A DNA stretch of 64,000 bases. Source: Octopus vulgaris. Lineage: Eukaryota. The stretch spans positions 84,878,001 to 84,942,000 of the forward strand of contig OX597815.1 in NCBI GenBank assembly GCA_951406725.2, written 5' to 3'. The stretch's first letter is position 1. Every line of letters begins with the position of its first letter. Shown here in pieces: positions 51,991 through 64,000 of the stretch. The translations under genes and the position numbers were made by a program. The notes under the pieces are model-generated. The model saw only the letters and a list, made by a program, of their open reading frames with translations, did not search any database and was not told where the DNA came from.

Positions 51991-52395
51991 AGGCACAGGA
52001 GTGGCTGTGTGGTAAGTAGCTTGCTTACCAACCACATGGTTCCGGGTTCAGTCCCACTGCATGGCACCTTGGGCAAGTGTCTTCTACTATAGGCCCGGGC
52101 CGACCAAAGCCTTGTGAGTTTATTTGGTAGACGGAAACTGAAAGAAGCCTGTCGAATATATGTATATATATGTGTGCGTGTATGTTTGTGTGTCTGTGTT
52201 TGTCCCCCAAGTATTGCTTGACAACCGATGCTGGTGTGTTTATGTCCCCGTCACTTAGCGGTTCGGCAAAAGAGACCGATAGAATAAGTACTGGGCTTAC
52301 AAAGAATAAGTCCCAGGGTCGAGTTGCTCGACTAAAGGCGGTGCTCCAGCATGGCTGCAGTCAACTGACTGAAACAAGTAAAAGAGTAAAGAGTA
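51991..52395 (+). mobile_element. tRNA-derived CORE-type SINE (family B), full length
   Basis: GGCACAGGAGTGGCTGTGTGGTAAG...GGGTTCAGTCCC (A/B boxes), CORE-like ACCTTGGGCAAGT, internal (TA)/(TG) tract and AAAAGAGT tail. Other copies at ~1905-2370 (-), 32500-32935 (-), 40125-40640 (+), 42610-42990 (+), 44650-45057 (-), 48055-48380 (-), 51625-51990 (+), 57383-57797 (+), 59470-59670 (-). Confidence 0.88.
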
Positions 52396-52449
52396 TATAT
52401 ATATTTATGGAAGTGGATGCTCCAAGAGCATAGCTGTGAGAATAAGATT

Positions 52450-53341
52450 AGGCTGGGCAATATTTCCCAGAGCTCCTACCTCTGCTGGCAACAAAGGGCC
52501 TCTCCCTCAGAATGAAAGGCAGATTGTACAATGCCTGTGTGTGAACAGCTATGCTACAAGGCAGTGAAACATGGGCTGTGACAGCCAAGGAAATGCATAG
52601 GCTTGAAAGAAATGAAGCCAGTATACTTCGCTAGATGTGCATGTTCAACAAAGTGTAAGCATCTTGAGAGAAAAGTTGGGCATCAGATGTAGTGTGCAAG
52701 AGAGACAACTGCACTGATATGGTCATGTGATGTGTATGGTCGAGGACAGCTGTGTAAAGAAGTGCCAATCTCTAATTGTGGAGGAACCTGTGGTAGAGGT
52801 AGACCCAGGAAGACATGGGACAAGGTGGTGAAACATGGTCTTTGAACTTTGGACCTCACGGAGGCAATGACTAGTGACCAAGACTTTGGTGATATGCTAT
52901 GCTTGAGAAGATCCATCAATCCAAATGAAATCATAGTCATGTCACATAAAAAGCATCTGTTTGAGCATTGGGCCCCACAGAGGCAAAGTGGCTGATGCTG
53001 GTGGCATGTGAAAAGCTCCTTTCAAATGTTAGGCCTCACAGAGACAATGACCAAGACCTTTGGCATTATGTCATGCTTGAGAAGAAGACCCATCAAGCCA
53101 AGTAAAATTACAGTCGTGGCAGATACTGGTGTCATGCAAATGGCACCCATGCCAGCAGCACAGAAAAGCACCCATTACACTCTCAGAATGGTTAGCATTA
53201 GGAAGGGCATCCAGCCTTAGAAACCATACCAAATCAGACTAGAGTCTGCTGCAGCCTTCCAGCTCGCTAGCCATTGTCAAACTGTCCAACCCACGCCAGT
53301 ATAGACAGCAGACATTAAATGATGATGATGATGATGATGAT
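52450..53341 (+). mobile_element. RTE-type LINE 3' fragment
   Basis: PELLPLLATKGLSLRMKGRLYNACV...GSETWAV...YGHVM...GRGRPRKTWDKVVK, then a 3' UTR ending in (GAT)n. Many 3'-UTR-only copies, e.g. 20390-20660, 23130-23290, 29690-29880, 31860-32045, 47050-47535, 55900-56140, 58930-59117, 62415-62635. Confidence 0.85.
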
Positions 53342-53581
53342 ATATATATCCTCATCATCATTTAATGTCCATTTTCCATGCTGGCAAGGGTTGGATGGCT
53401 TGACTGGAGCTTGCAAGCCAGAGGACTGCACCAGGCTCCACCGTACATAAACATTACAGTTATTTAAAGTAACCAAAGAATAAACAATGCCAAATAATAA
53501 ACAATTGCTTCCTCAATCCAGATGTATTTTCTGAAGAGTAGTGGAAGGGATAGAAGTAAAAAAAGACTTGACAGAACAATA

Positions 53582-53620
<39 letters not shown>

Positions 53621-53657
53621 TATGTGTGTGTGTATGTGTGTATGTGTGTGTGTATGT

Positions 53658-53695
<38 letters not shown>

Positions 53696-54414
53696 AAAGA
53701 GAATGAGAGGAAGTTTCGTTTGTTTATTTTTTTTCTATGCCATCATATTAAAACTGCTCACATGTCTGAGAATATTATTTGGAAGTGGTGCTAAGAACTA
53801 AAACAGACATGTCCAATTTCAGACAAGGTGAGATGAGGTCACAAATTATCTATGTAAAAAGATAGAATTGCACTTATTATTGCTACTGGTGGAGATGATC
53901 GTCATGGTGGTGGTGGTGGTAACAATTATGAAATTGCTGTTACTATCGTTATTACATTACTAGATATAACTGTTTTATTTTTGTGTCAAAAATGTTGCTG
54001 ATTATGATGAAGATGAAATTACTGCTGCCATATATGTATTTTTTTTTTTTACTATTTGTGTTATTTTATTTTTCTTAAATTGTTTTACCAGAGGCAAGAA
54101 AGACATAAGGGAAGTATGAGGTAAGAATGAGGGTGAAGGGGGCAAGTAAGCACAGGAAAGAGAAGAGATTAAAATTAAAAATAAAACAACAATGTTTTTA
54201 AAGTGCATAGACTAAGTCAGCACATAATAACAAATAATAAAGTGGGGTCAATGGCATTTATTTTATTTATGTCTCTTCACAGTCAGAGTTCAAATCCTGC
54301 TGAGAGCAACTTTGCCTTCAATTTTCTGGCATCAATAAAGGAAGTAACAGTCAAGTATTGTTAATCATTAAAATTACTATACTCCTTGAAATATTTTGTG
54401 GCAAAATAAGAGAG

Positions 54415-54459
<45 letters not shown>

Positions 54460-54670
54460 GATGGCAAGCTGGCAGAATCATTCACACACCAGGCAAAATG
54501 CTCAGCAGCATTTCGTCTGCCTTGACATTCTGAGTTAAAATTCCACAAAGGTTGACTTTGCCTTTCCTCCTTTCGCAGTCAATGAAATAAGTACTAGTTG
54601 ATTACTGGGGTCAATATAATCAACTATCCCCTTACCCAAAATTTTAGGCCTTGTGCCTATAGTAGAAAGG

Positions 54671-54711
<41 letters not shown>

Positions 54712-54712
<1 letters not shown>

Positions 54713-55265
54713 GAGTGAGAGAGCAGTGCATGCCATCAAAGTGACACCAGGATAAAATATACGAACCTTAGTATACCCATCATGACAACCCATCTGATAA
54801 GGGTACAAGAGGTATATGCATTACAACCATGTGTGCACGACATAGTGATCTCATATCAAGATAAACAGTGCATGACCTTGCAGGGGAGGCCCAGTCAGAA
54901 TTTTCTTCACATTGAGTAGCCCATCCTGCTCAAAAGGTCCCTGAATAAGGATTGTTTACGGATGCGGGACAAAACACCCATGATTTCAGAGGTGAATTAT
55001 CCAAACTCCAAAGAATTCCTCTCAACACATGGCTATGATGCTCCCCAACTACTTCTACTCATGATCAGAGATGCACATATTGCCAGCCACTGAGGGACAT
55101 GCTCAACTGGTTAAGGTCAAACAACTGACAAGCAAATTTGTGGTACTGAGCAGAATATTTGCTGTAGCCCATCTTTTATACCAAGACAAAACAAAGTACC
55201 TGATAACAGTTCCAATCAGTTCAGATGAGAAGCCATGAGAGCCACTGCCTGGTTCTGCATCAAGG
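54712..55265. repeat. second copy of the 26172-26730 repeat
   Basis: GAGTGAGAGAGCAGTGCATGCCATCAAAGTGACAC...GAGCCACTGCCTGGT shared with 26172-26730. Confidence 0.8.
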
Positions 55266-55266
55266 A

Positions 55267-55327
<61 letters not shown>

Positions 55328-56141
55328 TAATAATAATAATGTCGGCGGCGGTGGCAGCAGCGTCATCATCATCATCAGGTTTTGTGTTCAAATTCTGCTA
55401 TGGTTGACAGTCTTTCATTCTTTCAGGGTCAATAAAACAAGAATTAGCTATGCATTGGGATCAAAGTAATCAACCAGCCCCCACCTTTAAAAATTTCAGG
55501 CCTTGAGCCTATAATACAAAGGATTATTATGATGCAGAGTCCCAATAAGGGTGAAGAAAGAGGTTTTGCTCCCTTGCAAACTTGTTGAAAATTGGGTGGT
55601 GCTAGCAAAAATGGTTCAAGTGAATGAACCTATTTCTCACTATACATCCGGAGGATTAAAAATGACAGCTGGAAGAGAGTACTTACTCTTAATAGTCAAT
55701 ACAATCCAGGCTCTGGATTATCTGTTCTGTTGCAGGGGCATTATGAATTGTGTATCCTCCCCTCCAAAAATGAAAGTGTACAGTATGTATATTTATATTT
55801 AAACATTCAATTTCAATGTAAAAATCCTACACATTTTCTAACATCTCATTCATCACATTTGTGATAAATAAAAGCAATATTATTATTGCCAGTTCCCCCT
55901 GACTAACTCCAGTGCCAGTGGCATGTAAAAAGCACCATCCGAACGTGGTCAATGCCAATTCCCCCATGTAAAAAGCACCCACTACACTCTCGGAGTGGTT
56001 GGCATTAGGAAGGGCATCCAGCTGTAGAAACCTTGCCAGACCAGATTGGAGCTTAGTGCAGCCTACTGGCTTGCTAGTCCTCAGTCAAACCGTCAAACCC
56101 ATGCTAGCATGGAAAGCAGTCGTTAAACGATGATGATGATG

Positions 56142-56176
<35 letters not shown>

Positions 56177-58822
56177 GGTGGTGGTGAGTGTATACTTATT
56201 AAATGTATCACCATTAACATCATTTTATGTTTACATTATTTAGTTGCATTCCTCTACATTCTGAATCTGAATCTCACTGAAGTCATCCCCATTTTTCTAT
56301 CAACATGTAGACAATGAAAACAATGGAGTTGCTGATGATGATGATGATCTTAATAATACTGATGATGAAGACATTGATGGTATTGATATTGATGATGATG
56401 ATGATACTGATGGCAATAATGGCAGCGATTCTCATGATAACAATAACAATGATACTGATGATAATGCCAATACTAACAATGATGCTGACAATGACAATGA
56501 CAGCAACAAAGATTATGATGGGTGATTAATGACGATGATGATGAAGATAATGATATGACAGTAATGGTAATGATTGTGATGATGATTGCCAAGGAACAAG
56601 TTTTTAAAATGTTGCCAATACTTGTCACTTAATTGGTGACTGAGCATATATATAGTCCATATAGTCTGACTAGGGTTAAAAAAAAACCGACATTAAAATC
56701 CACACTAACATAGACCCACCATACTCAATATCCTTAACAGCAAGACTATTAAAAAAACAAACACAAAAAATCTCATATTTCCCCACATTGCAAATAAAAC
56801 AACCAATTTTGCTGCCCAACATATATGTTGTGTCAAACACTCTACAAGTACAATTTGACAATATCCTACACTGTTACCGTCAAATACCACCAAACTAATA
56901 TTATAAGGCACCGCTGCAGTTCAGTTTCTTGCCCTACATGTTCGCAAAAGTATTTTATGTAAATAAACACTCATATACAGAGAAAAATCACATCATGCAA
57001 TGAAAACCAGATGTTGGTTTGGAGTATCAAATATTAGAATGCAATTACACTGCAATAAAAATGGCAAAAAAAAACAGTAACAACAAATAGAATAAAGGCA
57101 GCACCAGGAGCAACAAGAATAACAGCAATGGTAAGATCTGGCAACAGGGTCAACAATGATGAAAACGATGGCATTGACCCCCTCTACTCACTAGTTCTGG
57201 ACCCCCTTGATTCTTATTTAATTCTACTGGAACTTCAGAGCCATTTGGTGTTAAAATAAATTCTTATAGCATTTTCATTAAATATTACGAGGAATTGTAT
57301 AAAAAGAATGTCAAATTATTTTGTGTACTGTAGAAGTATAACCAATTTGTTACACGGAATTTTTAATAACTAAATCTTATACAGGCGTAGGAGTGGCTAT
57401 ATGGTAAGTAGCTTGCTTACCAACCACATGGCTCTGGGTTCAGTCCTACTGCGTGGTACTTTGGGCAAGTGTCTTCTACTGTAGCCTCGAGCCGACCAAA
57501 GCCTTGTGAGTGGATTTGGTAGACAGAAACTGAAAGAAGCCCATCGTATATATGTGTATGTATGTGTTTGTATGTATGTGTTTGCATGTTTGTGTTTGTC
57601 CCCCCAACATCGTTTGACAACCAATGTGATGTGCTTATGTCCCTGTAACTTAGCGGTTCGGCAAAAGAGACTGATAGAATAAGTACTAGGCTTACAAAGA
57701 CCAAGTCCTGGGGTCAATTTGCTTGACTAAAAGGCGGTGCCCCAGCATGGCCATAGTCACATGACTGAATCAAATAAAAGAGTAAAAGAATAAAAGAGAT
57801 CCCTCAGGATCATGTGGACCTTGATTGAGAACTACTGCATCTGCAGGAGGATTACAAAGGCTAAAAACAGTAACTAAATCTCCCTCAAATAACACAGACA
57901 CACACACAATGTTGTCTTGAAGAAAGAAGACATTGTCTAATGTAGCTCTTCAAGCAACAGGGTGGTCATCCCTAGAATGCCTTTAATCATAGTTCTGACA
58001 TGAGGTTAAACAATAGCCTCAACAGTCATAACAACGAAAACAACGATGCCATGACACAACTCTCCAAGTAAACATATAAGCCAACTAGAGAACTTCTGCA
58101 CAGTTGCAAAACCTGGTAGAAATTGTAGTCAAATCTCCTTTAAATTACTGTCCATCTTGAAGAACACATTGGAAGATGTTGCTGGATACACAACCATGAA
58201 GCAAGACAGGGTACTGGTATCAACCATATGCATACATTGGGAAACCAGAAACCAATGAAACATGCCAAACGAGAGGGGGGGGTAAGAGACCTCATTTAAG
58301 TTGGGACATCAAATAGGAAAAGCAATTGTGGTCGTGATGATGATGACAACGATGATTCTGACGATGACAGCGATGATTCTGACAATGATAGCAATAACGA
58401 TGATTATGATGATTACAATGACAACAACGATGATAATGATTATGATGACAATGACAGCACTGATGACAATGGTGTGACAAAGACGATGACAAAGACAACG
58501 TTGAAAAACAACAACAATGATAATGACAAGAAGGAGAATGAGTGGGAAAAGACAACAGTGGTAATGGCATTGATGATGATGGTGATGATTGTGGTGGTGG
58601 TAATGGTCATGGTGCTGAGGGCAGTGATAGTAATGATGATGATGATGATAATGAATGGTACAATATAAAAGGTCATTTGAACACTATACAAAAATGCCCA
58701 GCCTAATGTAATTTATGATTTCCTCTTTCCTGCCACATTAGAAACAATTTATAAAATATTTAACTGTTTTCACGTCTACATTAAACCATTTATATTTTAA
58801 AACAATGATATAAAATACTTCA

Positions 58823-58868
<46 letters not shown>

Positions 58869-59114
58869 TATGTGTGTGTATGTATGTATGTATGTATGTG
58901 TGTGTGTGTATATGTGTATGTATATATATCATCATCATCATCATCATCGTTTAACGTCCGCTTTCCATGCTAGCATGGGTTGGACGGTTCAACTGGGGTC
59001 TGGGAAGCCCGAAGGCTGCACCAGGCCAGTCAGATGTGGCAGTGTTTCTACAGCTGGATGCCCTTCCTAACGCCAACCACTCCGAGAGTGTAGTGGGTGA
59101 TTTTATGTGCCACC

Positions 59115-59155
<41 letters not shown>

Positions 59156-59665
59156 CACTAATTCTTTACTTCCCAATGCTCATGTAATTGTTTTCTTTTC
59201 TAGGACCGTCTAATTTCATGCTTTTTCAATATTTAACCCTTTCAAGTCCACTCAGTATGTTGTTTAGGAGAAATGTGAGAGGCTGCAAATTTGAAAGAGA
59301 AAAATGAAATACATCAAAAGACCCAATTTCTTTCCAACTGTTATGATACCAGTTTCCACTCCTCTGAATTTAATGTGCGCCATACAGTCGCCCAACCTGC
59401 AACCAAATTCCTTTCCACAAGCCTATCTTCTTTGATTTCTAACTTGCTGCTTACTTGTTTCATCTTAGATTTCTTACTTGTTTCAGTCATTGGACAGCAG
59501 CCATGCTGGAACACCATTTTGAAGGGTTCAGTTTTACAAATTGATTGCAGAAACTTACTTTTTAAGACCAGTGCTTATTCTATCAGTCTCTTTTGCTGGA
59601 CAACTAGGTTACAAGGACACAAGCAAACCAACAATGGTTGTCATTAAGGGGTGACAAATACAAAG

Positions 59666-59738
<73 letters not shown>

Positions 59739-59742
<4 letters not shown>

Positions 59743-60572
59743 GTGATGGGTAAATTGTCACCATTTTATATTTTTAATTTCGTGCATACACATTGTTTGT
59801 TTTTTATGTTGTCAACTACATAGTATAGTAGGGTCAGTTGTGCACTGTCTGTGAGAAAAACAGCACCATGAAAACAATTCATTCTGCTAGAAATTTGGAG
59901 ATGACATGCTGTATTGCTTGGCATTCATGCCGGAAGCTCCAATATAAATACTTCAGAGTGAAGACAGAGCAATAATCCAGTCAACATTATGGTGTTTGGA
60001 GTGATCACAAGTGATGATGATGTTATGCTTCCATTCATCTTCCCACATGGACTCAGTTTCAACATAGAGGCCTACATCAAATACCTGGAGGAGGTAGTGC
60101 TGTCCTGGGTGAAGAGGGTGACTGCTGAAGATCCTATGTCTGACAACAGGACTCTGCACCATGCCACACAAGCAGGAGAACCCAGTCATGGCTGTCAGAC
60201 AATTTTTGTGACCACATCATCCTTAACATCTGACCACTTAACTTCCCAGACTGTAAACCCCTTGATTATCATGTATGGGGTGCAGTTGAACAAGAGACCA
60301 ACAAAACTCCATGTAACACCAAAGATGAACTGAAGGCAAAGATTATGGCAGCATTCACCAACTTAAACAAGGAAACCAACCAGAAGAGTTGCAGGAGATT
60401 CCAAAGTCATTTGGAGGCTGTGATTGAAGCCAATGGCTATTTTATAGAATAAATTTAATCTTTAGTATTTCAAGATATTTTTATGTAATTTTAGTAAATA
60501 TATCTGTTAAAATGAGATGTCAGCATTATTTTCATTTTTGCATAATTTAGACAATATATTCACTGTACCCTG
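59739..60572 (+). mobile_element. internally deleted Tc1/mariner element of the DD37D (maT) family
   Basis: MVFGVITSD...PFIFPHGL...YIKYLEEVV, then (frameshift) QQDSAPCHTSRRTQSWL...*PLNFPDCKPLDYHVWG...EAVIEANG. I count 37 residues between the second and third catalytic Asp. Degenerate TIRs, within (CA)n. Confidence 0.85.
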
Positions 60573-61061
60573 TACACACACACACACACACATATGCAGT
60601 AGGATTCCACACAGCTTCTGTCTACTAAATTCACTTAGGTGGCATTGGTAAACCTAGGGCTATAGAAGACACTTGCCCAAAGTGTGACTGAACCTGAAAC
60701 CACATGATCACAAAGAGAATTTTTTAACCAGACAAACATGCCTAAGAGAGAAAGAAAAAAAGAAACAGGAAGATAAAACACACTAGACACATTAGATAAT
60801 GCACCTCTAGATAGATTATCTAGGGATAGTATGGGTAGAATGCTTGATTATAAGGCTGTTGGAAGAGAGATGACCTGGGGATGTATACATTTAATACATT
60901 TAATATTTTAATGAATCTCCAAAGAGATAAAAGTTAAAATCAATTTTAGCAGGATTTCAACTCAGGATGTTGAAGGACAACAGAAATATTGCCCTCACTT
61001 CTAATGCTTCACCATTTCCATTAACTGAGTTAACTGAGTGCTTTTAACTCAGAGGAAGTCT

Positions 61062-62265
61062 TTATGTGATGACTTCACTTGCTTAAAATAGCAGCCAAAT
61101 TTGGCATCACACATGGCTATCTTCAGAAAAGGAACACATTATGTATAATATAATCTTGAACAAAAGACAGAATATTCAAAACTGGGATGACTTTGATCAC
61201 ACATCTGCATAATAAGGACTAAACTAGGGTTAAAAAAACACTTCTCTCACTATGATGATGTGAAATAAACTTTATTACAATTACAATATTTGTACGATCA
61301 TAGCCATTTCTTCAGCTATTTGTAAGATCCTGAAACAACAGTTCAAGCTGTGAGCCAAATTCATGGTTCAGTTTCAATCCCCAATTGATGCCATTTCACT
61401 TAATTTATGTCACACGAGAAATGCAAAGATAACAAGAAATCTTATTTGTCTTTCTCCAATAAATATGGTTTTCTATGTCACTTTAAGAAGCCAAAAATAT
61501 CACTAACATGATTTAACATTTCTTATTCTAAACCACCAGAGACTGCCTCTGGTTCTGTAGTACAAACTTCCCATTTTAAGGTGATCTAAGTTAAAACCTT
61601 ACATCAAAATTTTTTGTCTATTTATGTTGTAAACACCAGTTTTAATAATGAAAGTTATGTTACTAAATTTCAAATTATTTTCAAGATTAATTGAAACAAA
61701 CATGGCATATACCAATGGAAATATGGTAACAAAAGAGTTAAAACTCATAATGGCATTGTGGTTAATAAATTGGACTACTGACTACTAATTTCAAAACAGC
61801 TCTTCACATTAAAGATGGCAGGCAATATTTGTTTTCATCTTTCAGCTTTCTGAGTTGAAATCTTGTTAAAGTTGACTTTAACTTCTAGAAATTCATCCTA
61901 GAAATTTGTCAGCATATGAAATCTGCTTGTTGTTATTATAGCTATTGTTTGACCCCAAGTCAGTTCTGACCAATCAAACTACTAATGAAAAGCATTTGAC
62001 AGGGCAAAATGCATACGTGTCCTATTAGCTTGCATTGCTGGGATCGAATTTACTCACTTCTTTCGTAAGTACTTGCAAGTTTATAAAATATTCACCACTT
62101 TTATTACTGAGTTATATAAAAGTGTTCTATAAATCAAAGAAAGCCTCTATGTGGTGACTTCACTTGCTTAAAATAGCCAAATCTAACATCACACACTGCC
62201 ATCTTCAGAAAAGGGACACATTGTGTATAATATAATCTTGAAGACAATATTCAAGATTGGGGTTA
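61062..62265. repeat. two ~110-bp direct copies (61062-61180, 62148-62265) of an old dispersed repeat
   Basis: TATGTG.TGACTTCACTTGCTTAAAATAGC...ATCTTCAGAAAAGG...GTATAATATAATCTTGAA at both sites. Diverged relatives at 57850-58010 and 63290-63385. Confidence 0.7.
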
Positions 62266-63847
62266 ATAGAAATGGTAAATATTTTATAATTTGTTTCTAA
62301 TACTCAACAACATCATGAGAAACTGGTCAATTAGTTCCTTACAATATCTGTAAAATTAGGATGTTCAACTACAGACCACACAGTTCTGAGATCAAATCTT
62401 ACAATAAAATCATAATCATGGCAGATACTGGTGTCACTCAACCGGCACCCATGCCGGTGGCATGAAAAGCACCCATTACAGTCTTGGAGTGGTTGGTGTT
62501 AGGAAGGGCATCCAGCCATAGAAACCATGCCAAATCAAACTGGAGTCTGATGCAGCCCCTCAACTTACCAGTCCCGGTCAACCATCCAACCCATGCCAGC
62601 ATGGACAACAGACATTAAATGATGATGATGATGATGGTTGTCATGTTATTATTGCTGTTGTTTAGGTCCAAATTAGTTACTGTTTGAGCAAACAAGGAAT
62701 TCTAGCTGTATACATTCCATCTCTTGAATATGATGGACTACTACGCTTTCCAATGCATTTTAACCTCTTTTAAGACTAAAGTGTGGCTTGAGTAAGATTT
62801 GGATGTTTTATCATATAAGACCACATAGAGGCTTCAATAATATTGTTTAGCTTCGGGTCAGCCCCAATCTTGCAGACCAGTGATTAAGGAATTCCAGCTT
62901 GGAAAAACCAGTTCAAGAATAGCTGAGTGGTTAAGATCACTTCACAAACATATGATTCTTAGTTCAATCCCACAGTACAGCACTATGCAAGTGTCTTCTA
63001 AAATGGCCTCTGATCTTAACTTCAGCTTGTGTGTGTGGGTGTGTGTATGTGTTTGTTTATCGCAATATACAACAGTGCATTGAGTTGCACCTCTTTACAC
63101 CAGAAGATAACTTAAACATGTAATAAATATGATAAATAAACATTGGCAAAATAAATATCAGACTGGAATAAGCACTGAGGTGTATATATGACAGACAAAA
63201 ACCTTTGAAAGTAGAGGTACAGCATGGCTCATAGCCCAACAAATGAAACCAGATAAGAAAAAAAAGAAACAAATCTTCTCCTCATGTATATCAGGGACTA
63301 CTACATTGCCTAATGTGTTCTCAAAATAGCAGTGGGATTTAAATGAGATTTGGCTGCTATCAATAGCAACCACACAGAGGCTTTCATAACTGAGAGATTA
63401 GCAATGGGAAATTCAACGGAGCTGGTTATACAATACCTTGAACAAAAACTATGTATTCTTCCAACAACTTAGCCACAAAAAATAATTAATAATAATAATT
63501 CTTTTTACCATAGGCACAAGGTCTGAAATTTTGGGGAAGGGAGGTAATCAATTACTTCGCTTGACTGGTACTTATTTTATCAACCTCAAATGGATGAAAG
63601 GTAAAGTTGACCTCAATAATAATAAGGGTTTCAAATTTTGCCACAAGGGCAGCAATTTTGAGGGAAGGAATGAGTCAATTATATCAACCCCAATGTTCAA
63701 CAGGTACTTATTGACCCCAAAAAGATGAAAAGTAAAGTCAACTGCTATAATAATAATAAATATGCAATACCAGGCAATAGCACTCGTGGCTTCTGATTTT
63801 AACTGGTTGGAAGTGTTATCATGTACATGTTTTGTCTTGGTGTAAAA

Positions 63848-64000
63848 CAGGGATGGGCAACCTTTCATCAACTGGGGTCCACATAGTACCGTTTCCAAGT
63901 GAGGAAGGGCCACGTGATAAAACACATCTGCATGAAATATTACTTGCCCACTTTACACTGAATTTTTTTTTGCAATTCTAATTTTATTTGTCTTAGTCTG
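63848..64000 (+). mobile_element. start of a hAT-type MITE running off the window edge
   Basis: CAGGGATGGGCAACCTTT...GGGCCAC terminus typical of Charlie/SPIN-like elements. It abruptly interrupts another repeat. Confidence 0.55.

Noticed and set aside
51991-52070. tRNA genes at SINE heads
   Set aside because: A/B boxes are present but there is no complete cloverleaf, and each continues into a SINE body and tail.

Overview
AT-rich, repeat-dense animal genomic DNA. The SINE/RTE/microsatellite complement looks like an octopus (coleoid cephalopod), which is an inference from repeat families. One host gene is well supported: a minus-strand beta-1,4-galactosyltransferase 7 (B4GALT7) with five coding exons, join(39626-39960, 37658-37883, 35652-35735, 20220-20324, 18487-18672), giving 311 aa with GT-AG introns and consistent phases. 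Its 5' end lies further upstream, possibly outside the window. The rest is mobile-element debris: a young Tx1/L1-clade LINE 3' fragment between two assembly gaps; decayed hAT, Tigger/pogo and DD37D transposases; Penelope, RTE and R4/Dong fragments; MITEs; Helentron-like elements; and many tRNA-SINE copies. Almost all other ORFs in the track are microsatellite or repeat read-through. I found no convincing new multi-gene system. The most interesting signals are a CpG-decay boundary near 14.7 kb (likely gene-body methylation), an overlapping uORF on B4GALT7, long inverted repeats, a Helentron-like element with a variable core, and possible microsatellite targeting by the Tx1 element. Repeat boundaries were read by eye and are approximate.
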